Shown here in pieces: positions 14,611-22,279 of a stretch of 24,000 nt of DNA. The stretch spans positions 52,585 to 76,584 of the forward strand of contig JAKQSI010000032.1 of assembly GCA_029570205.1 (NCBI GenBank). The letters are read 5' to 3'. The DNA is from Candidatus Omnitrophota bacterium (lineage in GTDB: Bacteria; Hinthialibacterota; Hinthialibacteria; Hinthialibacterales; JAKPRU01). Under the pieces are notes generated by a model. The model was not told the DNA's origin and ran no database searches. It was given only the letters and a program-made list of their open reading frames with translations. Positions within the stretch are counted from its first letter, which is position 1. Each line of letters starts with the position of its first letter. Made by a program: the position numbers and the translations under genes.

Positions 14611-16374
14611 ATGATTGAACACTCGCAAGCGCGTCCGTTTTTCCTGGAACACAACTTCTGGCGCCTCTATGCCCGTCTCTGGCGGCATGTGCGGCCGTAT
14701 TGGAAACTCTGTGTTGTCTCCATGATCTGCATGATCCTGATGATGAGCTTTCTTGCGGGTCGTATCTGGGTCATCAAGCCTCTTCTCGACGCCATCGAGA
14801 AGGGCACACTCGCCGAAAACCTTACCTGGATTCTTCTTTTTGCCCTCTGCGTAACTCTGCTGCGCGGCATAGTGGACTATACCCACTCTTTCCTTACGCG
14901 GTATGTCGGACATCGAGCCATCCGCGACCTGCGCAATACCGTGTACAACCATATTCTCTCCCTCAACATGAGTTTTTTCGACCGTCAACGGTCCGGCGAT
15001 CTTCTGGCCCGGTTGACAGGGGATATCAATGAAGTCCGCCAGTCGGTCAAACTTTTGTTCAGCAGTATTTTTGTCAAACCGCTGGAGTTATTCGTGTATA
15101 TCGGCCTGATGGCGTCGCACAGCTGGCAACTCACTCTGATGCTTCTTCCGTGTGTGCCGGTAATTTCCTGGGTGATTCGACAAATCAGCCGCACCGTCAA
15201 ACGATTAAGCCGCGCCAGACGGATCGAGAATGCCGTACTCTACGGTATGATCTCCGAGAGCCTGGCCGGAATGCGCATCATCAAGGCGTTCAATCTGGAT
15301 AAGTATCACCAGAACCGATTCGAGCAACAGACCGAACGACTATTTCAACTCACCATTCGTTCGCACATTTTCCAGGCGATGAGCTCCCCGCTCATGGAGG
15401 TAATCATTTACAGCAGCGTTGCGGTAGTTGCCTGGATAGTGCTCGGATTCATGACCAGCATGACCCTCGGCGACAAAGGAGTGTTTTTCGTTGCCGCCTT
15501 TATGAGTTTCAAACCGATCAATAACCTGACCGACATTCAGTACAGCATTATTGAAGCGCTTGCGGGGGCCGAGCGGGTTTTTCAATTGCTGGATGAGCAA
15601 CCCACCATCCGGGACCTCCCCAACGCCGTGGTAATGCCTGCGCCGCGTCACGCCGTAGAGTTCCAGAATGTCTCGTTTGCTTATGACCGGGACTATGTTC
15701 TCCAAGACATCGATTTCCGCGCGAAGATCGGTGATACGATTGCCTTTGTCGGACCCAGCGGGGCAGGAAAGACTACATTGATTAACCTGCTGATCCGTTT
15801 CTATGATCCGACACAGGGACGGATTTTAATCGACGGCCGCGATATCCGGGAAGTACAGATTCGTTCATTGCGCTCCCATACGGCCCTGGTGACCCAGGAA
15901 CCGATCCTTTTTAACGACACGGTCCGGAACAACATTACCTGCGGCTTGGAGCATTTCGACGAGGAGCAGGTGTATGATGCGGCGGTGGCCGCGTTTGCGC
16001 ACGATTTTATTTTGCAGCTGCCGGATGGCTATCAGACTATTGTAGGGGAACGCGGCGCGATGATCTCCGGCGGGCAGCGACAGCGGATCGCCATTGCGCG
16101 CGCGCTTCTGCGCAATCCCTCCATTCTTCTTCTCGACGAGGCCACCTCTTCTCTTGATTCCGAATCGGAGAGGATCGTACAGAGCGCGTTGGAGCGGCTC
16201 ATGCAGGGACGAACAACTTTTGTAGTTGCGCATCGACTTTCGACGGTCGCGAACGCGAAATGCATCTATGTTCTGGACAAGGGACGAATCATCGAGCAGG
16301 GAACCCACCAGGAATTAGCCGCCATGGGAGGACTATATGCCTGGCTGTATGAAGCTCAGATGCAGCCGGTGTAG
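14611..16374 (+). CDS. ABC exporter, fused permease/ATPase (MsbA-like lipid or multidrug exporter)
   Basis: This is a 587-aa ORF with an N-terminal six-TM-type domain. It carries Walker A GPSGAGKTT, signature ISGGQRQRIAIARAL, Walker B ILLLDEATSSLD and the H-loop VVAHRLST. Confidence 0.9.
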   Translation: MIEHSQARPFFLEHNFWRLYARLWRHVRPYWKLCVVSMICMILMMSFLAGRIWVIKPLLDAIEKGTLAENLTWILLFALCVTLLRGIVDYTHSFLTRYVGHRAIRDLRNTVYNHILSLNMSFFDRQRSGDLLARLTGDINEVRQSVKLLFSSIFVKPLELFVYIGLMASHSWQLTLMLLPCVPVISWVIRQISRTVKRLSRARRIENAVLYGMISESLAGMRIIKAFNLDKYHQNRFEQQTERLFQLTIRSHIFQAMSSPLMEVIIYSSVAVVAWIVLGFMTSMTLGDKGVFFVAAFMSFKPINNLTDIQYSIIEALAGAERVFQLLDEQPTIRDLPNAVVMPAPRHAVEFQNVSFAYDRDYVLQDIDFRAKIGDTIAFVGPSGAGKTTLINLLIRFYDPTQGRILIDGRDIREVQIRSLRSHTALVTQEPILFNDTVRNNITCGLEHFDEEQVYDAAVAAFAHDFILQLPDGYQTIVGERGAMISGGQRQRIAIARALLRNPSILLLDEATSSLDSESERIVQSALERLMQGRTTFVVAHRLSTVANAKCIYVLDKGRIIEQGTHQELAAMGGLYAWLYEAQMQPV

Positions 16375-16385
16375 ACGAATACGAA

Positions 16386-17972
16386 TTAAAACTTATTAAA
16401 GGATGGTCCATTAGAAACGATACGGGCGCAGGGCTGTGAGCCTTCTTCTCCTTGCGGGAGAGGCCGGCCATGGGGAGATTGATCTTGTTCCACCCCCGTA
16501 GCCAGCGCCATCACCCGCTCCTGATCCAATTCCTCTACGCGAAACTTGCGGCTGATTGTCCCCCGGCACATCACATACACAGAATCGGCCATACCGAGTA
16601 CCTCCGGCAGATAACTCGATACAAAAAGGATGCCCCGGCCTTCCTCGGCCAGACGATTCATCAAGCGGTAAATCTCATTTTTGGCTCCCACATCAATACC
16701 CCGTGTCGGCTCATCCAGAAGCAACACCTTCGCATCGGCGCAGATCAGCCGGGCCAGCGCCACTTTCTGCTGATTGCCTCCTGAAAGTTCCCGGACGGCC
16801 TGGGAAGGCGATTTCGCTTTGATCCGAAACCGCTCAATCAACGCCTCGGATACACGTTCCCGCCGTGTGTGCGACAGAACCCCCCACCGGCTGATTTGCT
16901 CCGGCGCGGAAAGGGTCATATTCACAGCAACAGAGAGGTTCTGCGCAAGACCCTCACCGCCACGGTCCTCGCTGAGAAATCCGACCCCATGATGGAGCAT
17001 ACGGTGAGGAGATGGAACCCTGATGCGCACATCCCCCAGCGTGAATTCCTCAACATCCGCCGAGTCCAACCCGAACAGCGCCCGAAGCATCTCGGTTCGG
17101 CCTCCGCCCACCAACCCGGCAATTCCGACAATCTCGCCCGCACGGACCTCCAGAGAGGCATTTTTTGTCCCGTTCGGGCTGTTCAGGTTTTTCAGGCGCA
17201 GGAGAACCGGGCCAAATTGCGGCTGCCGTTTGGGATACAGGTCCTCAATAGTGCGCCCCACCATGTGACGGATGATCTCATTGGGAGATGTCTCGGCTGC
17301 CGGACCTTGCCAGACCCGATGCCCATCCCGAAGGACGGTCACCATGTCGCCGATCCGCTCGAATTCCTCCAAGTGATGAGAAATGTAAATGATTCCCACT
17401 CCTCGCTGCCGAAGCGAATCCACAACCCGGAACAGGTTCTCCGATTCCTGCTCCGATAGAGCGGCGGTCGGTTCATCCATGACAATCAACTCCGCATCCG
17501 CCCCGATGGCGCGGGCAATCTCAACCAGCTGACGTTGCGCAATACCCAGCTGACGAGTCGGAAGAGTGGGGTCGATATCGGCTCCCAGCATCCTGAAAAG
17601 TTCACGTGTTCGTTGTTTTTGCTCCGATTCCCGCACAACCCCCGCAGACCGGATTTCCCGTCCCAGGAAAACATTTGCGTGAACCGGAAGGTGCAGGGCC
17701 AGGTTGAGTTCCTGGTAAATCATGGCAATTCCGCTCCGAAGAGAATCAATCGGACTGTGCGGGCGGTGCATCCGACCTTTCCAGCGGATCTCCCCCCGGT
17801 CGGCTTTCTCAACCCCCATCAGGATCTTGACAAGAGTACTCTTCCCAGCCCCGTTCTCCCCCGCCAAAACATGGACTTGTCCCGGAAAAACGTCCAGATT
17901 CACACCGGCCAAAGCCACAGTCTGGCCGAATGTTTTGTGTATGCCGCGAAAGGTCAGGAATTCCTCTGCCAC
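16386..17972 (-). CDS. Sugar-type ABC transporter ATP-binding protein with tandem ATPase domains (RbsA/MglA/XylG-like)
   Basis: This is a 528-aa ORF with a GTG start. Domain 1 has GENGAGKST and LIVMDEPTAAL. Domain 2 has GLVGGGRTE, LSGGNQQKVALARL and LLLDEPTRGIDVGAK. The last ~30 codons (SPHGRPLPQGEEGSQPCARIV...) are encoded by REP-like copy D, so the C-terminal tail is probably not ancestral. Confidence 0.9.
   Translation of the reverse strand: MAEEFLTFRGIHKTFGQTVALAGVNLDVFPGQVHVLAGENGAGKSTLVKILMGVEKADRGEIRWKGRMHRPHSPIDSLRSGIAMIYQELNLALHLPVHANVFLGREIRSAGVVRESEQKQRTRELFRMLGADIDPTLPTRQLGIAQRQLVEIARAIGADAELIVMDEPTAALSEQESENLFRVVDSLRQRGVGIIYISHHLEEFERIGDMVTVLRDGHRVWQGPAAETSPNEIIRHMVGRTIEDLYPKRQPQFGPVLLRLKNLNSPNGTKNASLEVRAGEIVGIAGLVGGGRTEMLRALFGLDSADVEEFTLGDVRIRVPSPHRMLHHGVGFLSEDRGGEGLAQNLSVAVNMTLSAPEQISRWGVLSHTRRERVSEALIERFRIKAKSPSQAVRELSGGNQQKVALARLICADAKVLLLDEPTRGIDVGAKNEIYRLMNRLAEEGRGILFVSSYLPEVLGMADSVYVMCRGTISRKFRVEELDQERVMALATGVEQDQSPHGRPLPQGEEGSQPCARIVSNGPSFNKF
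16442..16477 (+). repeat. REP-like element, copy D (degenerate), inside the 3' end of the ABC ATPase CDS
   Basis: The sequence is CTTCTTCTCCTTGCGGGAGAGGCCGGCCATGGGGAG. A 7-bp stem forms between 16445-16451 and 16457-16463 with a 5-nt loop, and the tail is diverged from GGGGTGAGG. It lies 67 nt downstream of the MsbA-like stop. Confidence 0.6.
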
Positions 17973-18129
17973 CGGTATCTTAAATCCACAGATGTTTTCT
18001 GCATCGCAAAGATGATAAGATGGAAAAAGCGCATTATTCTAATAGTATGGAGATATAGAGAATACCTTGAGGCCCGTTAGCGGTAACCGGAATTGTGCCG
18101 GGAAGCGATGGGTAAAATCCAACAAGTTC

Positions 18130-18152
18130 GCTTCCTCCGGGGAACCGGAAGC
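18130..18152 (-). terminator. Weak hairpin downstream of the radical SAM gene (possible terminator)
   Basis: The minus strand reads GCTTCCGGTTCCCCGGAGGAAGC, with a 6-bp outer stem and an imperfect interior. It is followed by GAACTTGTTGGATTTT (T-rich). It begins 14 nt after the stop at 18166. Confidence 0.25.
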
Positions 18153-18165
18153 CCGCGAAACAGCA

Positions 18166-19203
18166 TCAGGCCAGGGCGCTGTTCTCCAAACTCTCCAGTC
18201 CAACTCCGTCGATCGGCGTTCCACAGTGGCCGCATCGTCCGTCTTTCAGGAAATACCCTGTCACCGTAAATCCAAAACGCTCGATCACTATTCGCCTGCA
18301 TGAATAACACCGCGTACTTTCCGTGGGATCACCGGGCAGATTTCCGGCGTAGATATATCTCAACCCCGCTTCCCTGCCGATTTGTACGGCATTCCCGATC
18401 AACGAAACCGGCGTTCGCCCCCGATCCGTCATGCGATAATCGGGATGAAACACGCTGATGTGCCAGGGAATCTCCTGGCCCACGGAGGCAATAAACTGCG
18501 CAATCTCCCGAATCTCCTGCTCGCTGTCGTTCATGCCGGGCACAAGAAGCGTTGTGACCTCCACCCAGAATCCCAGTTCTTTGGACGTTCGAATACTCTC
18601 CAGCACCGGCTCCAGCCGCCCCCGCATCACCCTCCGATAGGTTTCATCCCGAAAGCATTTCAGATCAATGTTCAGCGCACCCAGGTACGGCTGGGCGGTC
18701 TCCAGCGTTTCGCGGGTCATAAATCCGTTGGTCACAAAGACATTCTCTATCCCGCGTTCCTTTGCGAGACGCATGATGTGATAAGCATATTCAAAATAGA
18801 TGGTCGGCTCGGAATACGTGTAGGCAATAGTCCGGCAGCGGGAGCGTTCCGCCGCCAGGACAATCTCTTCGGGCAAGGTCTCCTGCCCCTCGAATCGGCC
18901 TTCCCGTCGAACCGATTGCGACAGGCGCCAGTTCTGGCAAAAATCGCATTGAAAATTGCAGCCCGCCGTGGCAATGGAAAAGGAGGCGGTTCCGGGATAA
19001 TAATGAAACAGCGGCTTTTTCTCGATGGGGTCGATATGCCGGGCTTGCAGCTGCCCATACACCAGGCTGTACAGTGTGCCGCCTTCGTTTTTGCGCACCA
19101 TGCAAATGCCGGTTTTTCCATCCTCCATTTTGCAACGATGGGAACACAGGTTGCAGCGAACCGCGTTCCCCTCAAGACGTTCGTACAACATGGCCTCTTT
19201 CAT
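18166..19203 (-). CDS. AmmeMemoRadiSam-system-type radical SAM enzyme (PflA-like activase fold)
   Basis: I trimmed ORF 18166..19293 to the ATG at 19203 (SD GAGGA). It has an N-terminal Cys cluster (CNLCSHRCKMEDGKTGICMVR) and the radical SAM motif ATAGCNFQCDFCQNW (CX3CX2C). A C-terminal Cys pair (CYSC...CGHC) is also present. The pattern matches what I recall of TIGR04337-type proteins. Confidence 0.8.
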   Translation of the reverse strand: MKEAMLYERLEGNAVRCNLCSHRCKMEDGKTGICMVRKNEGGTLYSLVYGQLQARHIDPIEKKPLFHYYPGTASFSIATAGCNFQCDFCQNWRLSQSVRREGRFEGQETLPEEIVLAAERSRCRTIAYTYSEPTIYFEYAYHIMRLAKERGIENVFVTNGFMTRETLETAQPYLGALNIDLKCFRDETYRRVMRGRLEPVLESIRTSKELGFWVEVTTLLVPGMNDSEQEIREIAQFIASVGQEIPWHISVFHPDYRMTDRGRTPVSLIGNAVQIGREAGLRYIYAGNLPGDPTESTRCYSCRRIVIERFGFTVTGYFLKDGRCGHCGTPIDGVGLESLENSALA

Positions 19204-19209
19204 GGTATT

Positions 19210-19250
19210 CCTCTTCTCTTTCTCCCTCCGGGAGAGGATTACGGTGAGGG
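19210..19250 (+). repeat. REP-like element, copy E
   Basis: The sequence is CCTCTTCTCTTTCTCCCTCCGGGAGAGGATTACGGTGAGGG. The stem is TCTCCC/GGGAGA with loop TCC. It sits between two copies of an 18-nt direct repeat at 19201-19218 and 19291-19308. Confidence 0.8.
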
Positions 19251-19371
19251 TACTTACCTGTCCGACAATCTCCCAATCCGTCCATATTATCATGGAATTC
19301 CTCTTCTCCCTCGCCGTGCGCCCGCCATTACGTTACACTGATTGCGCATACGAACCGGGAGGATCTCCATC

Positions 19372-20127
19372 ATGTCCACGCAATTCTATGAAGACCTCGC
19401 AGACCGTTACGATGTGTTCATCAACTGGCGCAATCGGGTCAAACGAGAGAAACCGTTTTTTGATCACCTTCTCCGCGAGCGATTCGCGACCTCCATCCTG
19501 GACTGCGGCTGCGGCACAGGCGAACAGGCGATTTTCTGGGCGGATGAGGCATACCGGGTGAAAGGCATTGATCCGTCTCCGCGCATGATCGACATCGCCC
19601 GGGGAAAAGCAGCAGAACGAGAGATTGAAGTCGATTTCGAGGTACTCGGCATCGAGGAGCTGAACGGGAACATCCACGGCACATTCGACCTGGTGGCCTG
19701 CCTGGGAAACACACTCGTGCATTTGCTGGATGAACCGAGCTTGCAGAGAGCCGCCACAGCATTCCGGTCCGTGACAAAACCCGGCGGATTGCTCGTAATT
19801 CAGTTGCTCAATTACACCCGCATTCTTACGTTCAACGATCGTTTTTTCCCTTCCAAGAACGGCCCGCTGGGAAACGATGAGTATATCTTCGTCCGATTCT
19901 ATGATTTCGGTCCCACTCGGTTGACATTCAACATGCTGACCCTGCACAGGGAGGGCAAAGAATGGAAGATGGACATTGCCCGCACGCCGCATTATCCCTG
20001 GCAGGAGGCGGAGGTCACGCAGGCCCTGCTGCGCGCAGGGTTTGAGGAAGTAATCTGCTATGGAGGATTCGACTTCGCCCCCTTCGATCCGGACCGGAGC
20101 AGCGATCTGATCCTGGTCGCCGAATAA
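19372..20127 (+). CDS. Class I SAM-dependent methyltransferase (Methyltransf_11/25-like), substrate unknown
   Basis: I trimmed ORF 19342..20127 to the ATG at 19372 (SD GGAGG upstream). Motif I is ILDCGCGTGEQA, post-I is VKGIDPSPRMI, and motif II/III is FDLVACLGNTLVHL. Confidence 0.85.
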   Translation: MSTQFYEDLADRYDVFINWRNRVKREKPFFDHLLRERFATSILDCGCGTGEQAIFWADEAYRVKGIDPSPRMIDIARGKAAEREIEVDFEVLGIEELNGNIHGTFDLVACLGNTLVHLLDEPSLQRAATAFRSVTKPGGLLVIQLLNYTRILTFNDRFFPSKNGPLGNDEYIFVRFYDFGPTRLTFNMLTLHREGKEWKMDIARTPHYPWQEAEVTQALLRAGFEEVICYGGFDFAPFDPDRSSDLILVAE

Positions 20128-20142
20128 GAGGTTGAATCCGTA

Positions 20143-21042
20143 ATGGAATCTTCCCTTGACTCGGCGGGAAACCTGGCAACTCTTCGTAAACCTCCCTGGA
20201 TTAAAGCGCCATTGTCCACGGGAACAGGATATGCCACGGTTCGCTCTCTTGTGGACCGGAACCGCCTCCACACGGTCTGTCAAAGCGCGAGATGCCCCAA
20301 TATCGCCTTGTGCTGGAGCAACGGCACGGGAACATTCTTAATACTGGGATCGGTGTGTACCCGATCCTGTCGGTTCTGCGCGGTCAAGAAGGGACACCCC
20401 AACAAACCGGACCCCGATGAATCCTCTCGCACAGCCGATGCGGTAAACACCCTGGGATTGAATTACGCGGTGATTACGTCGGTAACGCGGGATGACCTGC
20501 CTGATGGCGGCGCATCGGTTTTCGCTGAAACCATGCGGGCGATCCGCACCGTTCGACCCGATTGCCGTATCGAACTGCTCATCCCCGATTTTGCCGGGTC
20601 GATGGAGGCATTAGATATTGTGCTGAACGCGGGGCCGGACGTACTCAATCACAACGTAGAAACTGTTCCACGCCTGTACCCGCTTATACGACCCTCCGCC
20701 GATTGGAATCGGTCTCTGGAGATTCTCCGTCACGCCGCAAGAAAAGGATTTCTTACCAAGAGCGGCCTCATGGTGGGATTGGGCGAATCCAGGAGGGAAC
20801 TCACAGCGGCCCTGACACAGATCGCGGCGGCAGGCGTTCACATTCTCACCATCGGCCAGTATCTCGCGCCCACATCGGGACATCACCCCGTAGAACGTTA
20901 TGTCGCACCGGAAGAATTCGAAGACATTCGGGCGGAAGCGCAGTCACTCGGATTTCGCTTCGTGGTCGCGGGTCCCCTGGTGCGCAGCTCGTATCGGGCC
21001 GAAGAGGCTTGGCAGGCGTGTCTCACGGCAGATCCTTCATAA
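20143..21042 (+). CDS. lipA: Lipoyl synthase
   Basis: This is a 299-aa ORF. The auxiliary cluster is CQSARCPNIALC (CX4CX5C) and the radical SAM cluster is CTRSCRFC. KPPWIKAPL...LHTVC and SGLMVGLGES are typical of LipA. It starts 15 nt after the methyltransferase stop. Confidence 0.95.
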   Translation: MESSLDSAGNLATLRKPPWIKAPLSTGTGYATVRSLVDRNRLHTVCQSARCPNIALCWSNGTGTFLILGSVCTRSCRFCAVKKGHPNKPDPDESSRTADAVNTLGLNYAVITSVTRDDLPDGGASVFAETMRAIRTVRPDCRIELLIPDFAGSMEALDIVLNAGPDVLNHNVETVPRLYPLIRPSADWNRSLEILRHAARKGFLTKSGLMVGLGESRRELTAALTQIAAAGVHILTIGQYLAPTSGHHPVERYVAPEEFEDIRAEAQSLGFRFVVAGPLVRSSYRAEEAWQACLTADPS

Positions 21043-21385
21043 CAAAATCCGGGATGTTCGTCACCCCGTATTCCGTGCCCGGAAACATCGATTTTATATG
21101 TGCAGCCAGGAATCCCACCGCCCGCTTCACCCCGTTCGATTTCACCGGATCGGTCACTGGGTCCACACGCACAGTCAATCCCTCGTCTCTGGCCGAAACA
21201 ATCAGGTAGAACTTCTGGCTTCTCCCGTGTTCGGTCACCGAGGTCTGGAACAGGAGCGTTTTTCGGTTGTAAAGCATATAGGGAGGGTCAATGATAATCG
21301 GGTCCGGTTTCAGTTGTTTCAACGGCCCGATACTTTCCCACATTCGCTCCATGGAAATCTCGCCTCGAATCTGAATATGCGGCAT
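21023..21385 (-). CDS. Hypothetical protein (120 aa)
   Basis: SD GGAGGGG lies 4 nt upstream of the ATG at 21385. It is third in a tight minus-strand operon (18-nt gap to the upstream gene). The opposite-strand ORF 20900..22000 is R/H/P-rich shadow. I recognised no family. Its 3' end overlaps the convergent lipA by 20 nt. Confidence 0.5.
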   Translation of the reverse strand: MPHIQIRGEISMERMWESIGPLKQLKPDPIIIDPPYMLYNRKTLLFQTSVTEHGRSQKFYLIVSARDEGLTVRVDPVTDPVKSNGVKRAVGFLAAHIKSMFPGTEYGVTNIPDFVMKDLP

Positions 21386-21403
21386 GGAACCCCTCCGGCA
21401 AGG

Positions 21404-21670
21404 TTATCCGAGATTGTTCACCAGATCGTCAACCTCACGGGGGATGCAAAACTGCTCGATCAGGCGGTTGACACGCGCGCCGTAAATCCGATCGATCAGG
21501 TCCAGCTGATCGGGTACACAACACGCCAACTCCCGGCGCACCTCAATCCACCGTTCCCGTGCCTCCCACGAAACCAACCGCCCGGACGCAATTTCCCTGC
21601 ACAGCGGATCAACCCGCTCCTGCAAGTCCCGACGGACTTGGGCATCCCATGGTTCATCCTGTTTCATCAT
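21404..21670 (-). CDS. Hypothetical helical protein (88 aa)
   Basis: This ORF starts 12 nt after the flavoprotein stop. Its composition is plausible for a helical protein (DAQVRRDLQERVDPLCREIASGRLVSWEARERWIEVRREL). I recognised no family. Confidence 0.45.
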   Translation of the reverse strand: MMKQDEPWDAQVRRDLQERVDPLCREIASGRLVSWEARERWIEVRRELACCVPDQLDLIDRIYGARVNRLIEQFCIPREVDDLVNNLG

Positions 21671-21682
21671 TTCCGTTTCCGC

Positions 21683-22255
21683 TCAGACCAGACATTTCCC
21701 GAATTGGTAGGCCCTGTTCAGCAACGCTTTATCTTTCCGGACATCATCGGGTGCGGACAGATTGGCCGCTACAAAGTGTCCCCGGTAATCGGAATCCACG
21801 TAGCGCGCAAGACGCCGAATGGTCTCCACCGCCAAATCCGCTCCATCGAATTCATCCCCTCCGGCGGTCAACACAGCGGCGATGGCCTTGTCCTTGATGA
21901 GGATTCGCGGCGACTCCGATTCCTCAAACTTGAAGAAACAGAACATGCGGTCCAGAAGAATCTTCATCTGGGCGCTGACACTCCAGCAGAACACCGGTGA
22001 GGCAAGAACAATCACATCCGATTCAAAAAGCCTCGCGTAAATCCCGACCATATCGTCTTTAACTGCGCAGCCCGGCTCATCGGGCACAGACTGACAAACC
22101 AGGCATTCCCGGCAGGGGCGCAGGTCCATCCCATGGAGAAACACGCTTTCGACCTCCGCACCGGCATCCCGTGCCCCGGCCAGGACCCGTTCCAGTACAA
22201 TGGCGGTATTACCTTGTTTCCGTGGGCTGCCGAGAAAGGCGATGATCTTTTTCAT
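21683..22255 (-). CDS. Flavodoxin-like NAD(P)H-dependent FMN reductase / iron-sulfur flavoprotein family
   Basis: MKKIIAFLGSPRKQGNTAIVLE is the FMN_red N-terminal signature. It also has a Cys cluster (RPCRECLVCQ...PGC) and the segment VIVLASPVFCWSVSAQMK. Confidence 0.8.
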   Translation of the reverse strand: MKKIIAFLGSPRKQGNTAIVLERVLAGARDAGAEVESVFLHGMDLRPCRECLVCQSVPDEPGCAVKDDMVGIYARLFESDVIVLASPVFCWSVSAQMKILLDRMFCFFKFEESESPRILIKDKAIAAVLTAGGDEFDGADLAVETIRRLARYVDSDYRGHFVAANLSAPDDVRKDKALLNRAYQFGKCLV

Positions 22256-22279
22256 TGTAATGCTCCGGTCTTTAAGGGA

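Noticed and set aside
4401-19250. The repeated palindromes, considered as a possible CRISPR array.
   Set aside because: The copies are kilobases apart, irregularly spaced, variable in sequence and in mixed orientation, so they do not form a repeat-spacer array. No cas genes are present.
21260-21290. A DPPY tetrapeptide (IIIDPPYMLY) in the 120-aa hypothetical protein, resembling methyltransferase motif IV.
   Set aside because: The protein is far too short for a methyltransferase and has no motif I (FxGxG). The match is most likely chance.
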